Of a DNA stretch of 52,563 nt, positions 25,626 through 38,132 are shown in pieces. Within the stretch, counting starts at the first letter, position 1. The number at the start of each line of letters is the position of its first letter. Below the pieces are notes generated by a model, which was not told where the DNA came from, made no database searches, and saw only the letters and a list, made by a program, of their open reading frames with translations. Source of the stretch: Octopus bimaculoides (Eukaryota); contig NC_068984.1 in assembly GCF_001194135.2 (NCBI RefSeq), positions 129,362,537 to 129,415,099 of the forward strand. Direction: 5' to 3'. A program made the translations under genes and the position numbers.

Positions 25626-27132
25626 TGAGAGGGTGTAGTATTGAGTGGGGGTGATGTAAGATTAAAATATGATCAAATAATTTTCCTATTGATTGAAAAA
25701 AAAATCTATGAGAACTTGCTACAAAAATCTCCGTTCAATTATCTTTCCTTTAAATAAATAATGTTGTATTACCTAAATGTAAATTAATGTGGGAAGGCAG
25801 GAATCCTATTAACTCTTATTGCAAATGACACTAGGTGAATGAGTTAGGAGTGTGATGTAGCACAGCAATGAAATATAAGCAATGAGAAAAGGAGGAATGA
25901 AGTGAATATTATTTGCTGACAGTAAGTTGAACAATAAATAAAGCATAAAATAAAACAGAGAAAATGCGTAAGTAATAAAGGCATTGGCCTTTGTAAGCAA
26001 ATATGATGATGGTAATGACTTGAGGATATACTGAAGAAAAAAAAAAGGTGAATAAAGAAATGACATATGCTAGTGGATGGTGATAGTTGAAGCAAAGAGC
26101 AATGAAGTATGAAGCATTGAAGCAAGACCATCAATAAATAGAAATACTAGTGAAAGGAAGAATTCAATAATGTTGGTAAGAATAAGTTAGGAAATGTCAG
26201 TATGAATGATAAAATGTTGGCAAGAATGAGTTAGGAAATGAATAATGTTGGTAAGAATGTGACAACTCATGAGTCCTTTTCTAATAACATTTACCTATTG
26301 AAAGGAACCGAATTTTAATCAAGGGGCTGGCTCTGATTTATCTATTAACAGTCCCACCAAATAAAAGATCCCTAGGCATGGGTGTATGTCTGCTTTTATA
26401 CATATATATATATATATATATTATACGGAGAGCTAGGAGATAAAAAAACGCAACTCTGTGAACTGCAGTAAAGGCTCATAAAATCAATGCTTACTGAAGG
26501 ATATGCATGACTAATTAAATGAATATGTAAATATAGAACTCAAATTATCAAGTTTTACAGTTTGATCTATATTACTCTAACTAATGGTGTCGTTGTATAG
26601 TTTGGTCTATATCACTCCAAAGTATAATCGTATAGGTTAAACATTATGTTTTAAAATAACTAGAGCATTGTACTTATACTGAACTTATAGTAAAAGTTAA
26701 AAGTAGTTAACATCATCAATATTAAGACTTCATTTTTGTTTTCTATAACTTAGACCATTCCACAAATTCTATTAGATGATGTCTTCATTAAAATGTAATT
26801 GTTGTATCCCAGTTGAATTCACTAAAGCAACTTTGAAAACTTTAAACTTTAACTTCCTTCACACTCTTCCTTTTTCCAAACATTTCTATTTTATCAATAG
26901 TATTTATATTATACATGGCTGTAAATAATTTTTTTTTTTCACTTTTGCAGGCTCTTTTACATACCTTCTTTAAGTTCTTGTCTTTTGGAAATGGAAAATA
27001 ATAAAAAAAAAAAAGAAACAAAAGAGAACAAAACAAAAAGCAAAAGGAAAAAAAAAATCTATCTAAACTTATACTTCCTTCCTGAAAAAAAAAATATTCA
27101 AAATATAACTTTAAATATAGATTAAAGTCTTA

Positions 27133-27270
<138 letters not shown>

Positions 27271-27689
27271 TTATATTTGTTCGTATGTCATAAATCCTTT
27301 ACAGTATCAGACTATGAAACAACAAGATGAAGGTGCTTTTGCATTCCTCCAGGATATAATCTTTTACATCTCAAACAACTAAAGCCTATCTCTTCAAGTG
27401 TGGTTATAGGGTTTAGCTATGATGCAACAGTATGGGCAAAGAAGACTATACACAACACTAGGATTATACACCACCATTACTAACTGATAAACTGTTACTT
27501 ATCACTGCAAGACTACTATCAGCAATGAAAGACAAAAATGCTTTCATGCACCACAACAAGCTTTCCAACCTCCCAATAGGTAGCAGAGCCTTACTATAAG
27601 AAACTCTATCAACTGTGCCGAATCCACATCAGTTCTCAACTAAGATGGTTCTGTTAGTAGAACTATCATATTAAAAAAAAAAAGGAAAA

Positions 27690-28170
27690 AAAAAACCTTC
27701 TATATTCACTGCCCAATTCACCTCCAACTCTATACTGTATGCTCTTTAGAAAGCTTGTAATGTACCACATCACTTGTAATATACAGCTAAGAGCCCCACC
27801 TCTCTCAGACATCCTAGTCAAAAGAGCACATGAAACGACATGGACAATATCCTTCACATCAGTCAAGGTTAACAATGCTTTTGCACATGTATGCACAGGC
27901 TTGAGCAAGATGTTTTTCAGGAAGTTTAGTAGTTGCCCATGTGATGTCAAGACAAAGACATACAAACACAGGCACTCACACATACATATGTATACAATGT
28001 CATCAACGACATCCATTTTCCATGCTGGTATGGGTTGGACAGTTCAACAGGAGCTCGCCAGCCAGAGAGCTACACCAGGTTCCAGTTATCTGTTTTGGCA
28101 TGGTTTCTTAAGGTAGATGACCTTCTTAACATCACCCAATTTACAGAGTGTACTGGCAGCTTTTTATATG
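27690..28170 (-). mobile_element. Diverged SINE and RTE 3'-end fragments
   Basis: Motifs shared with 32440-32700 and 44262-44460. Confidence 0.5.
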
Positions 28171-28384
28171 ACAGACTTCTTTTAATTTCCAAGTACTAAA
28201 TCCACAGACATGTCTTTGGTCAACCCAGTACAATAATAAAAGTCACTTGCCCAAGGTGCCATGCAAAGGGACTGAACCCAAAGCTATGTGGCTGGGAAGC
28301 AAATTTTTTAACCATACAGCCACATCATATTTTTTTTTTATTATTCTATTTAAGCCAATAAGAAATACAACACAATTTTCCTAC

Positions 28385-28543
28385 CTGGAGCACCTTTCCA
28401 AAATGCACTGCCACCTTCTTCTTTCAAAATTTTCCTTGCACAATCTATTACTCCACTGTATGTGGTTTGACCGGATCGAGCAGCAACCTGCAATCTGGTT
28501 TTAATAACATCAGCAGGAGTAGGAATTGAGGCAGCTGGAATAC
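28385..28543 (-). CDS. SLC25A12/SLC25A13: Aralar/citrin exon, carrier repeat 3 ([53 protein letters not shown]); approx. exon 16
   Basis: Acceptor ctatAG, donor GTagga; 159 nt, phase 1 to 1. Confidence 0.97.
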
Positions 28544-29589
28544 CTATAGTCAATAAAAAATGTTATATTTATAGTCATAAAAATTAAACCTTAAACTTAA
28601 ATTTAAAAAATGAGATACTACCCAGTGCACCACTTATGACAATTTAAAAAAAACCCACTGTATTGTTCCAAAATTTCACGTCTGTGAAATTCGGAGAGAA
28701 ATGCAAGAAACATAACTAGTGTTCTTTTGTTTTAATATAGAAAATGTTTCAAAAAGATGGCAGCTCATCTCTTTGGTGTTTTGGTAAAAGAATTTTATTT
28801 TACGAATACCAAGGAAATGAACCACCTGCTTATTGAGTCACTTAAATATTAAAGCATAATATTATGCTTTAATGTACAAGCATGATGTGATGTGATGTGG
28901 CTTGGAATCTCTATTTTCCAATGAGATGTTTGAATTCGCAGAACATAGAATATACAAATATTGATGTTTAATGTGTTCACTTAGGTATCATCGTTCGTAT
29001 AGCGATACTAATAAGCAGGTGTCAGAACTAAACATATACACTATTCCGAAAAGAGAGGTAATCAAGTACAGAGCATAAGAAATTGAATAAATGACAAAGG
29101 AACAAGAAGAGCATCACCCATGATCTTTTTCAAGGATTCTGAGTCTAGCAGGATGAAGAAAGCTATCCTCAGGCAATCCCTCTGGTTTGAATACTTGCCA
29201 CAGAGTGTACTTTGCTAAAGACATCCAGAGGCCAGTTGGTAAGGCTTAAAAATTTAAGAGGAAAATTTTAGCTAAGTTCATAATTTATCAATGGTACTAT
29301 GCTTTAAAAAGGTGTGTGTGTATGTGTGTCTGTGTGTGCACGTGTGTGTGTNNNNNNNNNNNNNNNNNNNNNNNNNNNNNNNNNNNNNNNNNNNNNNNNN
29401 NNNNNNNNNNNNNNNNNGGGGTAATGGAAATCAATTGTCTGTTCCCTGAGTTAAAATTAGACAGAAACTAATTGAAATGTGTCGAATAGAAATGAGGACA
29501 CGCCAACAGAAAAATGTTGATGTTATCCATTTTAAACAGAACTTTTATTTTACATATTCTTCAAATCTGCATGTGTCCATTCTTTACCA

Positions 29590-30115
29590 TCATTAAACAT
29601 CCTTCTTCCACATTTGCATGGGTTGGGGCAGTTTGACAGGATCCAATAAGTTGGAGAACTGCATCAAGCTCCAATATCTGCTTTTGCATGGTTTCCATGG
29701 CTGGATGCACTTCCCAATGCCAACCACTTTACAGAATGTACTGGGTGTCTTATTTATGAGACCGGCACCAGTAATGATCACCAAGTCACTTGAAATGCAA
29801 AGTAAAAGAAGCCCTCTTCAACTCAGCAGGGTTGTAATCGAGTGGGGATGACCCTATACCAAGTACTGAGAGGCCAAAGTATGACAGAGAGACAAGCACA
29901 GGTGTCCTGCTATAGAAAAGATACATGGTTGCCTTGAATTATATAAGAGTGGATGTGAGATCAAAGATTGTATTGAAGACCATGTCAATCTTCATACAAG
30001 AGCTCATCTTCATCATCATCTCATCCTTTAATGACCATCTTTTATGCTGACATGGGTTAGACAGTTTGACAGGATCTGACAAGCTGCAGAGCTGAGTCAG
30101 GTCCCAATGTCTCCA
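29590..30115 (-). mobile_element. Two RTE LINE 3'-end fragments
   Basis: catgggttggggcagtttgacaggatcc...gctggatgcacttcccaatgccaaccac; second start near 30015. Confidence 0.6.
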
Positions 30116-30150
30116 AAAGGAAAGGAAAAGAAATTTTTTCAATAACTTAC

Positions 30151-30289
30151 CTGCAATAGTTGCAGCGCAAAGTAAACTTACAGGAGAATTGTAACCATTT
30201 GGATCAGCAAATTGTTTTTTTAAATAGGCATAAAGAGGGAAGTATATTGCAGAGAATGGGATATCACGAAGGAAGCAGGCTTTGGCACC
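30151..30289 (-). CDS. SLC25A12/SLC25A13: Aralar/citrin exon ([46 protein letters not shown]); approx. exon 15
   Basis: Acceptor gcttttactAG, donor GTaagt; 139 nt, phase 0 to 1. Confidence 0.97.
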
Positions 30290-30417
30290 CTAGTAAAAGC
30301 AAAATATACACAATGATTAGCAATTTAAGTGAAAGAAAAAGGTAAATCAGTATAAATTTGATTCCTACAAATATTCAAAAGTAAATTTTTAAACTGTTAC
30401 AGCAAAAAGAAATATCC

Positions 30418-30610
30418 TCATCATCACCATCATTATCTAAAGTCCATCTCGATGCAAACATGGGTTGGATAGTCTGACAGGATCCAGTGAGCCATAGGTC
30501 CACATCAAACTCTGATGTCAGCTTTGGCATGGTTTCTACAGCTAGATGCCCTTTCTAATACCAACCACTTTAAAGTATTACTGGGTGTGCTTTTCATGCC
30601 ACCAGCACAA
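30418..30610 (-). mobile_element. RTE LINE 3'-end fragment
   Basis: catcatcaccatc...catgggttggatag...tttctacagctagatgccc. Confidence 0.65.
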
Positions 30611-30966
30611 CCACTTTGGCTTATATAAACTCAACAAGCAGCTTATGTCAGTCTTGTAGGGCAGTTCTATCATCAGATATGCAACAATGCTTTTTAATCT
30701 TTAATCTCCCTGGTGGATCAAAGAGAATTTAGCCCAAATATTGCTATACTTATTAAATATGTATGATTTCTACCAAATTACTTCAAAGAATGTTATCAGC
30801 TGCAATGTTATCACACTTTTGACTGAAAGGCCAGTACAAATGAACTCAATCAACTATGATCCATTTCAAAGAACCACTTTGAAGAATTATTCACAAGAGC
30901 TGTTGGATACAAACCAACAGGGAAAGCAACTAAAGAAACAACAATCAAGAAATATATATACATTAC

Positions 30967-31104
30967 CTTATACAAGCCAAAAAATCCCAGTTCTCTGATC
31001 ACAGATAAAGCACTGATACGTTTCCCAACAATTTCACCAGCAACTTGTAAGCGAATTTTAACAATTTCTAAAGGATTTGTAAACACCACCTGTGATGCAC
31101 CCGC
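30967..31104 (-). CDS. SLC25A12/SLC25A13: Aralar/citrin exon, carrier repeat 2 ([46 protein letters not shown]); approx. exon 14
   Basis: Acceptor ctttttctAG, donor GTaatg; 138 nt, phase 0 to 0. Confidence 0.97.
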
Positions 31105-31760
31105 CTAGAAAAAGTACAAGAAGAAATTATGATTGTAATAGTAATAATGAAATATTCAACCCTTATACAATTGTCATGCAGTATATTTCATTCAATGCAT
31201 CATCAATTAAGGTTCACACAAGCAACTAAATGTCTCTCTCTCTCTCTCTCTCTCTTATGCCAACAATACCAGTCATTATTTTAACCTACCTCTTATAAAT
31301 ACATTATACAGATTTGGCTAAGGCAGCAATGCGGCAGAATCATTAATATGTCAGGCAAAATGCTTGGTGGTATTTTTTCTGGTTCTTTACATTCTGAATT
31401 CAATTCCCACCTAAATCAACTTTGGTGTTTTATTTTATCTACTCTGAAAGGATAGAAAGCAGTCAACTTGTCCCTTCCCCTCAAAAATTCTAACCATGAA
31501 CCCTACAACAGAGCAGCATCTTTTTCAAAGAAATATTGTAATCCAGTCACTTACACACCATAAAAACCTGGTAACTGGTCTTACGAGTCCAAAGGCTTAT
31601 GAAAAATAAAAAAAGATTTGGTTAACTAGTTTAATTTCCAGTGCTAAATTATACAATTTAAACAGCCTCCAATAAGCTATCAAATTGATCCAAGTTCTTT
31701 AATTATAAAGGTTACTGACACACTAACACTATAAATCACACGTTATTTGGAGCATATAAA

Positions 31761-31962
31761 GCAGTATAAACTGGCAAAAATGTGTGCTGGACGAAATGCT
31801 TAGCAGTATTTCGCCTGTCAGAACATTCTGAGTTCAAATTCTGCCGAGGCTGACTTATCCTTTCGGGGTTGATAAATTAAATACTAGTGAAACACTGGGG
31901 TTGATATAATCAACTAATCCACACCCAATAAATCTGAGGCCTTGTGCCTCCAGTAGAAAGGA
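31761..31962 (+). mobile_element. Family B SINE with 18-bp target-site duplication
   Basis: ttatttggagcatataaa at 31743-31760 and 31963-31980. Confidence 0.85.
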
Positions 31963-32161
31963 TTATTTGGAGCATATAAATTGCTGACTGTATCAGTTCA
32001 TCCGAAGGACTACTACACTTATTGCACATCGAGCCGCTTTCTACATAGCTTTGCATAGAATGCTGAACTTCAGAGGTTCACACTGATGATAATTTAGTTT
32101 GGAACACATGGCTCTTTCCACCACTCCACTCAAAATTCCGATTCCTAGTTACATCTCTCTA

Positions 32162-32375
32162 TGAGTGGGGTACTAAAAAGTTCCTGGCTTTGGGTAAAAG
32201 AAAATACAGGACAAGTTAATCATGATTTTATTCATCATATTCCCCTCTCAGATTCACACACTTATTTCAGTAGTCCTTCAGTCTTTCTAAACTTTGTAAA
32301 ATGATTTGGAAGTTTGGGCCTCCATCCAGGCTTTTCACAATACCCTTAAAGCCAGGAACTTTTCAGCACCACCCA
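32162..32375. mobile_element. Mariner-type MITE (about 215 bp, about 29-bp TIR, TA target duplication)
   Basis: ta-tgagtggggtactaaaaagttcctggcttt ... aaagccaggaacttttcagcaccaccca-ta. Confidence 0.8.
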
Positions 32376-32719
32376 TATAGTCAACAGATTTTTTTTAATG
32401 ATAATCATATTATTTGAATCAATATCATTATCAATCACCATCATCAGTTTAAATGTTCACTTCTCCATGCTTGCATAGCGAGGATGGAATTCCTTGAGGC
32501 AGAGATTTCTATGACCAAATACCTTTACTATTGCCAACCCTCATTTCTTTCGAAGTAAGGTAATATTTCAGCATAGCTAGACATGTTTTCACAGAAGATT
32601 AGGAATGAAGATCACTGCTTGTATGCAAAGTTATACTTAATTACAACCATCACACGATGTCAAGACAAGGACACACTGACACACACATATAGATGCACAC
32701 ACACACACATACATATATG

Positions 32720-32727
32720 AATGTGTG

Positions 32728-32806
<79 letters not shown>
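32720..32806. repeat. (TG)n microsatellite
   Basis: About 37 consecutive TG units. Confidence 0.95.
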
Positions 32807-32808
<2 letters not shown>

Positions 32809-34349
32809 TTATGTATATAATGAGTGTCTACTCATGATCGAAGAATACCATCATTGACCATTAAGAATATTGTGCATTCAAATTCATACTTTACACTTGT
32901 GGCTCTACTGGTGACTAATGAGCCCAACTCTTGATAAATATATATGTCCACAGATATTGCAGACCAAGCGTCCCCCATTCACTACACAGGTGAAGCATTT
33001 TCAAACAGTTCATTTAAATTCTGTGTGAAAAATTCATGATTTTTCAAAAGCACCCACTCCTTCTTTTCTTTGTTTCCTCCACTGGTGCTGACGACAAGCA
33101 TTGCTTTCCAAAATGACTTTCCCATATTTTATATACTCTCAACAAGGACTTTACACAAACTTATAGTCTTGGCTTCTGCTGTGGGTGCTCTCCACAAACA
33201 AGTCTGACATATAACTGGCTTCTGTTCAGTATCTCTCTATCAAATTCACTCACAACCCAAGGCTATAGGAGAAGACACTTGTTCAAGGTGCCATGCAGTG
33301 AGACTGAATCCAAACCATGTGGTTGGGAAACAAGCTCTTAACCACACAGCCACATCTGTACTTATAAACTGAATTATTCTAGGAAATCAATAAATCTAAA
33401 GCTCAGCTGAATGAATTACTTCTGGTTCATCTTCCACTCATATATATATCATCTGAACATTCACAAGCCATATCCACATTTGACTTCATTACTACTTCAA
33501 AGACCAGCACATGTCAAATTTTATGTCACTCAAACATAGTGTTTTGCAGCTGTCTCACCAGAAACATAATTAGCATAGAGCAAATATATAAATCAATACT
33601 CTATGTTAGTATTAATAAAAGTTTATAGGCCGTAATTGTAAGGTGTAAATCTATCATGTATATATGTACACAATTTATGCACACACTGTTCAGAAAGCAA
33701 AGAATTTATATAGTTAAAATAAAGTAAATAATAGCATAAAAACAGGATCTTAAATACTTCAAACCTTGTGAATAAGATTATAATTTGGTTATAATACAGT
33801 TAAGGGATGTCAGGACAAATATTACAACTGATTTATGAACAATTAAATACGATACATAGGTGATAACTTTTTTTCTTTTTGATCAATTTAAATATAGCAG
33901 GTTTTTGTGCACATGGCCAAAGATATTTTTTAAGGAAGAGGGAGGAGTAATAACTGAACTAATCCAAATACATGTCTTCACTGATGGAACAAAAAAGAAA
34001 GTTGATACCAGTAGAATTTGAACTTGGAATATAAGAGAAATTACAATACTGCCAGGATTTAGCAAAATGCTCAACTATTTCCACCAACTTCCCAGCATCA
34101 ATGAATTTAAATAATAATCTAAAAAAAAATACATAAAAATTAAGATAGTCACTCTTCCTGTCGTATATTCAACATATTCTTAATGTGGTAGGTAGGAAAG
34201 AAAACAAAAGAAAAATAGAAACGAAAATCAAGAAAAGCTGAAATTTTATAATTACAAAATGAAGTCTTCAAGAGAATCTGATTAAATTATTTAAAGTTTT
34301 CAATGACACAAGTAAAACTGGTTTTTAATTAAGTGAATTCATTACTTAC

Positions 34350-34430
34350 ACAACCACCAGCAATTATTTGCGATAGAATAGATAATGAGCCGTCTTTCTG
34401 TGTTAGTCTTTCACGAACTAAGTCATTCAT
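34350..34430 (-). CDS. SLC25A12/SLC25A13: Aralar/citrin exon (MNDLVRERLTQKDGSLSILSQIIAGGC); approx. exon 13
   Basis: Acceptor cctcttcAG, donor GTaagt; 81 nt, phase 0 to 0. Confidence 0.95.
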
Positions 34431-34675
34431 CTGAAGAGGTAAAAAAAAAAAAAACATCAAGAATAATTTTCTTTCAGTTCAACTTTGTAAAATGCAAGAT
34501 AGTTTAACTGGTGATTTAAGATAAACAGAAATGTTGAAAAATTAATGTTAATAGAGTGTAATCACACAAACTATTTAACAATCTTCTATTATTACCACCG
34601 AGGTACTTTTATATAATATACATCAGGGTTACAAATGTATGGGAATGAACAAAACAAAATTTCACATGTGGCAAC

Positions 34676-35012
34676 CAGCATCGCCTTACTGGCACTTGTG
34701 CAGGTGGCACGTTAGAAAATCATTCGAGCGAGGTTGTTGCCAGTGCCGCTAGACTGGCTCCTGTGCAGGTGGCACATAAAATACACCATTTTGAGCATGA
34801 CCGTTGCCAGTACCGCGTGACTGGCCCTCGTGCCGGTGGCACATAAAAGTACCCACTACACTATCGGAGTGGTTGGCGTTAGGAAGGGCATCCAGCTGTA
34901 TTAACTCTGCCAGATCAGATTGGAGCCTGGTGCAGCCATCCGGTTCACCAGTCCTCAATCAAATCGTCCAACCCATGCTAGCATGGAAAGCAGACGTTAA
35001 ACAATTAAATGA
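34676..35012 (+). mobile_element. RTE LINE 3' end, antisense to the host gene
   Basis: Ends cgtccaacccatgctagcatggaaagcagacgttaaac; reverse-complement match to 44262-44600. Confidence 0.85.
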
Positions 35013-35925
35013 TATACAATTTAGTTAGACATATAGCTAATCATTGTTTTGGAACATTTCTTTTATATTGGTTCCACACTTTAACATTCCCATAGTTGCT
35101 GATAGGTGGGAGAAAAGGGATTGCTTTTTTGCCAATCTTTTACTGACCCTCATTCCTTAATTAAAGCTGATGATGAAAAATCGGTGAAAAAACATCTTGG
35201 AAGTGTGACAGACTATAAGTGTGATGTAGGTTTTTAAATTTTGTTGTTGTTTTTATTGGGGGCAGGGGCCCCATTATAAATATTTAATACAGATATATAC
35301 TTGGTGGTAGTTGTTGCTAGGCTGACCCTGAAACAGACAAGCTGTGAACAGCCTGTCTGTTTCTAGATTTGAAGAGAGGAACCACTCTTTGAGAAGCAGT
35401 ACTAGATATGTTAAAGAACTGCATTTGCCAAGAGAGATCCAAACCAATATTGGAAGCTACCATGAAGGAAGGAATCTAAATGAGTACCACTCATGTTTGG
35501 TCAGAGTGCTTGGGTTTTTTGCTATTAAAAAGCACATACGATAAAAAAAAATGATACGAATTTAAAATATGGCTTAAGAATCTTTTAAAGACAAGGACTT
35601 CCCAGTATTAAAAGTAAGAGAGATAAATCTCCTAAATACATCATTGGTTTAGCACAGATAACACTTGAAGATGATGAAATAACTACTCTTGACCATGGTA
35701 ATATAGGTTAAGACGTGAAGTCCAATCCACAATGAGATATATTTGAATTGCCAAACTAATGTGGGGTAATCAAAATCTACCGCAGATTTCAGTTCCCATA
35801 TTAACAGCAGATAACCAAACATCTTATTTGTCCTCTTACCCCTGAAAGTGTTCATGGGACACTGTACCAAGGCAATATTTTTTCGAACTTAACATAAAAT
35901 TTTCATAAAATTCATGACAGACGTA

Positions 35926-36143
35926 TGAGGGAGTGTTGAAAAGTTCCTGGCTTTGGGTAAAAGAAAGTACAGGAGGATCAGTTAATTATGATTTTATTCC
36001 AACATATTTCCCACTCAGATTCACACACTTATTGCAGCAGTCCTTCAGTTTTTCTAAGCCCTGTAAAAGAACTTGGAAGGATAGGCCTCCAACAAGGCCT
36101 TTCACAATTCCCTTAAAGCCAGGAACTTTTCAGCACCCCCTCA
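35926..36143. mobile_element. Mariner-type MITE with TA target duplication
   Basis: TIR tgagggagtgttgaaaagttcctggcttt versus aaagccaggaacttttcagcaccccctca; flanked by TA. Confidence 0.85.
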
Positions 36144-36191
36144 TATAACACTAAACAAAGCTGTTTAGATTATTAATGACATTTTACACAC

Positions 36192-37081
36192 NNNNNNNNN
36201 NNNNNNNNNNNNNNNNNNNNNNNNNNNNNNNNNNNNNNNNNNNNNNNNNNNNNNNNNNNNNNNNNNNNNNNNNNNNNNNNNNNNNNNNNNNNNNNNNNNN
36301 NNNNNNNNNNNNNNNNNNNNNNNNNNNNNNNNNNNNNNNNNNNNNNNNNNNNNNNNNNNNNNNNNNNNNNNNNNNNNNNNNNNNNNNNNNNNNNNNNNNN
36401 NNNNNNNNNNNNNNNNNNNNNNNNNNNNNNNNNNNNNNNNNNNNNNNNNNNNNNNNNNNNNNNNNNNNNNNNNNNNNNNNNNNNNNNNNNNNNNNNNNNN
36501 NNNNNNNNNNNNNNNNNNNNNNNNNNNNNNNNNNNNNNNNNNNNNNNNNNNNNNNNNNNNNNNNNNNNNNNNNNNNNNNNNNNNNNNNNNNNNNNNNNNN
36601 NNNNNNNNNNNNNNNNNNNNNNNNNNNNNNNNNNNNNNNNNNNNNNNNNNNNNNNNNNNNNNNNNNNNNNNNNNNNNNNNNNNNNNNNNNNNNNNNNNNN
36701 NNNNNNNNNNNNNNNNNNNNNNNNNNNNNNNNNNNNNNNNNNNNNNNNNNNNNNNNNNNNNNNNNNNNNNNNNNNNNNNNNNNNNNNNNNNNNNNNNNNN
36801 NNNNNNNNNNNNNNNNNNNNNNNNNNNNNNNNNNNNNNNNNNNNNNNNNNNNNNNNNNNNNNNNNNNNNNNNNNNNNNNNNNNNNNNNNNNNNNNNNNNN
36901 NNNNNNNNNNNNNNNNNNNNNNNNNNNNNNNNNNNNNNNNNNNNNNNNNNNNNNNNNNNNNNNNNNNNNNNNNNNNNNNNNNNNNNNNNNNNNNNNNNNN
37001 NNNNNNNNNNNNNNNNNNNNNNNNNNNNNNNNNNNNNNNNNNNNNNNNNNNNNNNNNNNNNNNNNNNNNNNNNNNNNNNNN
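36192..37081. other. Assembly gap (N run, 890 nt)
   Basis: Direct observation; other gaps at 17131-17200 and 29352-29417, plus several 10-nt gaps. Confidence 0.99.
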
Positions 37082-37290
37082 AATCGTCTCTCTTGCACGC
37101 CACAACTGATGCTTCTAATGTTCAGCTTTTCTCTCAAGATACTTACACTCTGACGGGTATTCACATTGACCCGTCAGAGTGTAAGTATCTTGAGAGAAAA
37201 GCTGAACATTAGAAGCATCAGTTGTGGCGTGCAAGAGAGACGATTGCGCTGGTATGGACATGTAGTGAGAATGGATGAGGATAGCTGCGT
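37082..37290. repeat. Perfect inverted repeat (77-bp arms, 10-nt loop) of an RTE RT C-terminal fragment
   Basis: 37082-37158 is the exact reverse complement of 37169-37245; encodes [38 protein letters not shown]. Confidence 0.9.
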
Positions 37291-37351
37291 GATATATATA
37301 TATATATACACACACACACATATATTTAGATAAATACGACATGATATTTAC

Positions 37352-37560
37352 TGTTAATTTAATAGCTTTCTCTGGAGCAACTCCAACAAGTTGGGGAGCC
37401 AATCCTCGATAAAGGCCAGTAAAACCTTCATGACGCAAAACTTTTTTAAAGCAGTCAAAGCTATTTTTATACATCAACTCTCCAACATAGGAGCCAGAGC
37501 GTTGATTCTGAAGACGGGTCTTAACAAGATCGATGGGGTATACAGCTGTAGCTCCAGTAG
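37352..37560 (-). CDS. SLC25A12/SLC25A13: Aralar/citrin exon, carrier repeat 1 ([70 protein letters not shown]); spans human exons 11+12
   Basis: Acceptor ccttccctAG, donor GTaaat; 209 nt, phase 1 to 0. Confidence 0.97.
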
Positions 37561-37730
37561 CTAGGGAAGGAAAAAAGGAAAAAATTTCAGTTACAAATTG
37601 TGACAGATGAAAATAAAAATAAAGTATAAAACGAATTATCTAAACATCTAAAAAAAATGTTAAACATCAATATGAAACAGAGGAAAACTTTCAAATAAAA
37701 TACACACACAAGCACACGCATATATACGAA

Positions 37731-38132
37731 GTGCAGGAGTGGCTGTGTGGTAAGTAGCTTGTTTACCGAACACACGGTTCCGAGTTTAGTCTCACTGCGT
37801 GGCATCTTGGGCAAGTGTCTTCTACTATAGTCTCGGGCCAACCAAAGCCTTGTGAGTGGATTTGGTAGACGGAAACTGAAAGAAGCCCGTCGTATATATG
37901 TATATATATATATGTGTGTGTGTGTGTATGTGTGTGTTTGTCCCCCTAGCATTGCTTGACAACTGATGCTGGTGTGTTTATGTCCCTGTCACTTAGCAGT
38001 TCGGCAAAAGAGACCGATAGAATAAGTACTCGGCTTACGAAGAATAAGTCCCGGGGTCAATTTGCTCGACTAAAGGTGGTGCTCCAGCATGGCCGCAGTC
38101 AAATGACTGAAACAAGTAAAAGAGTAAAAGAG
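37731..38132 (+). mobile_element. Full-length tRNA-derived SINE (family A) with internal (TA)n(TG)n
   Basis: Head gtggctgtgtggtaag; core gccttgtgagtggatttggtagacggaaactgaaagaagcccgtcgt; tail aacaagtaaaagagtaaaag. Confidence 0.88.

Noticed and set aside
30170-30185. Cryptic donor CT|GTAAGT inside the 139-nt exon
   Set aside because: Its use would frameshift the next exon and remove conserved residues; the downstream donor at 30150 fits phase and homology.
36165-37164. Four ORFs over 300 aa
   Set aside because: They are translations of the N gap.
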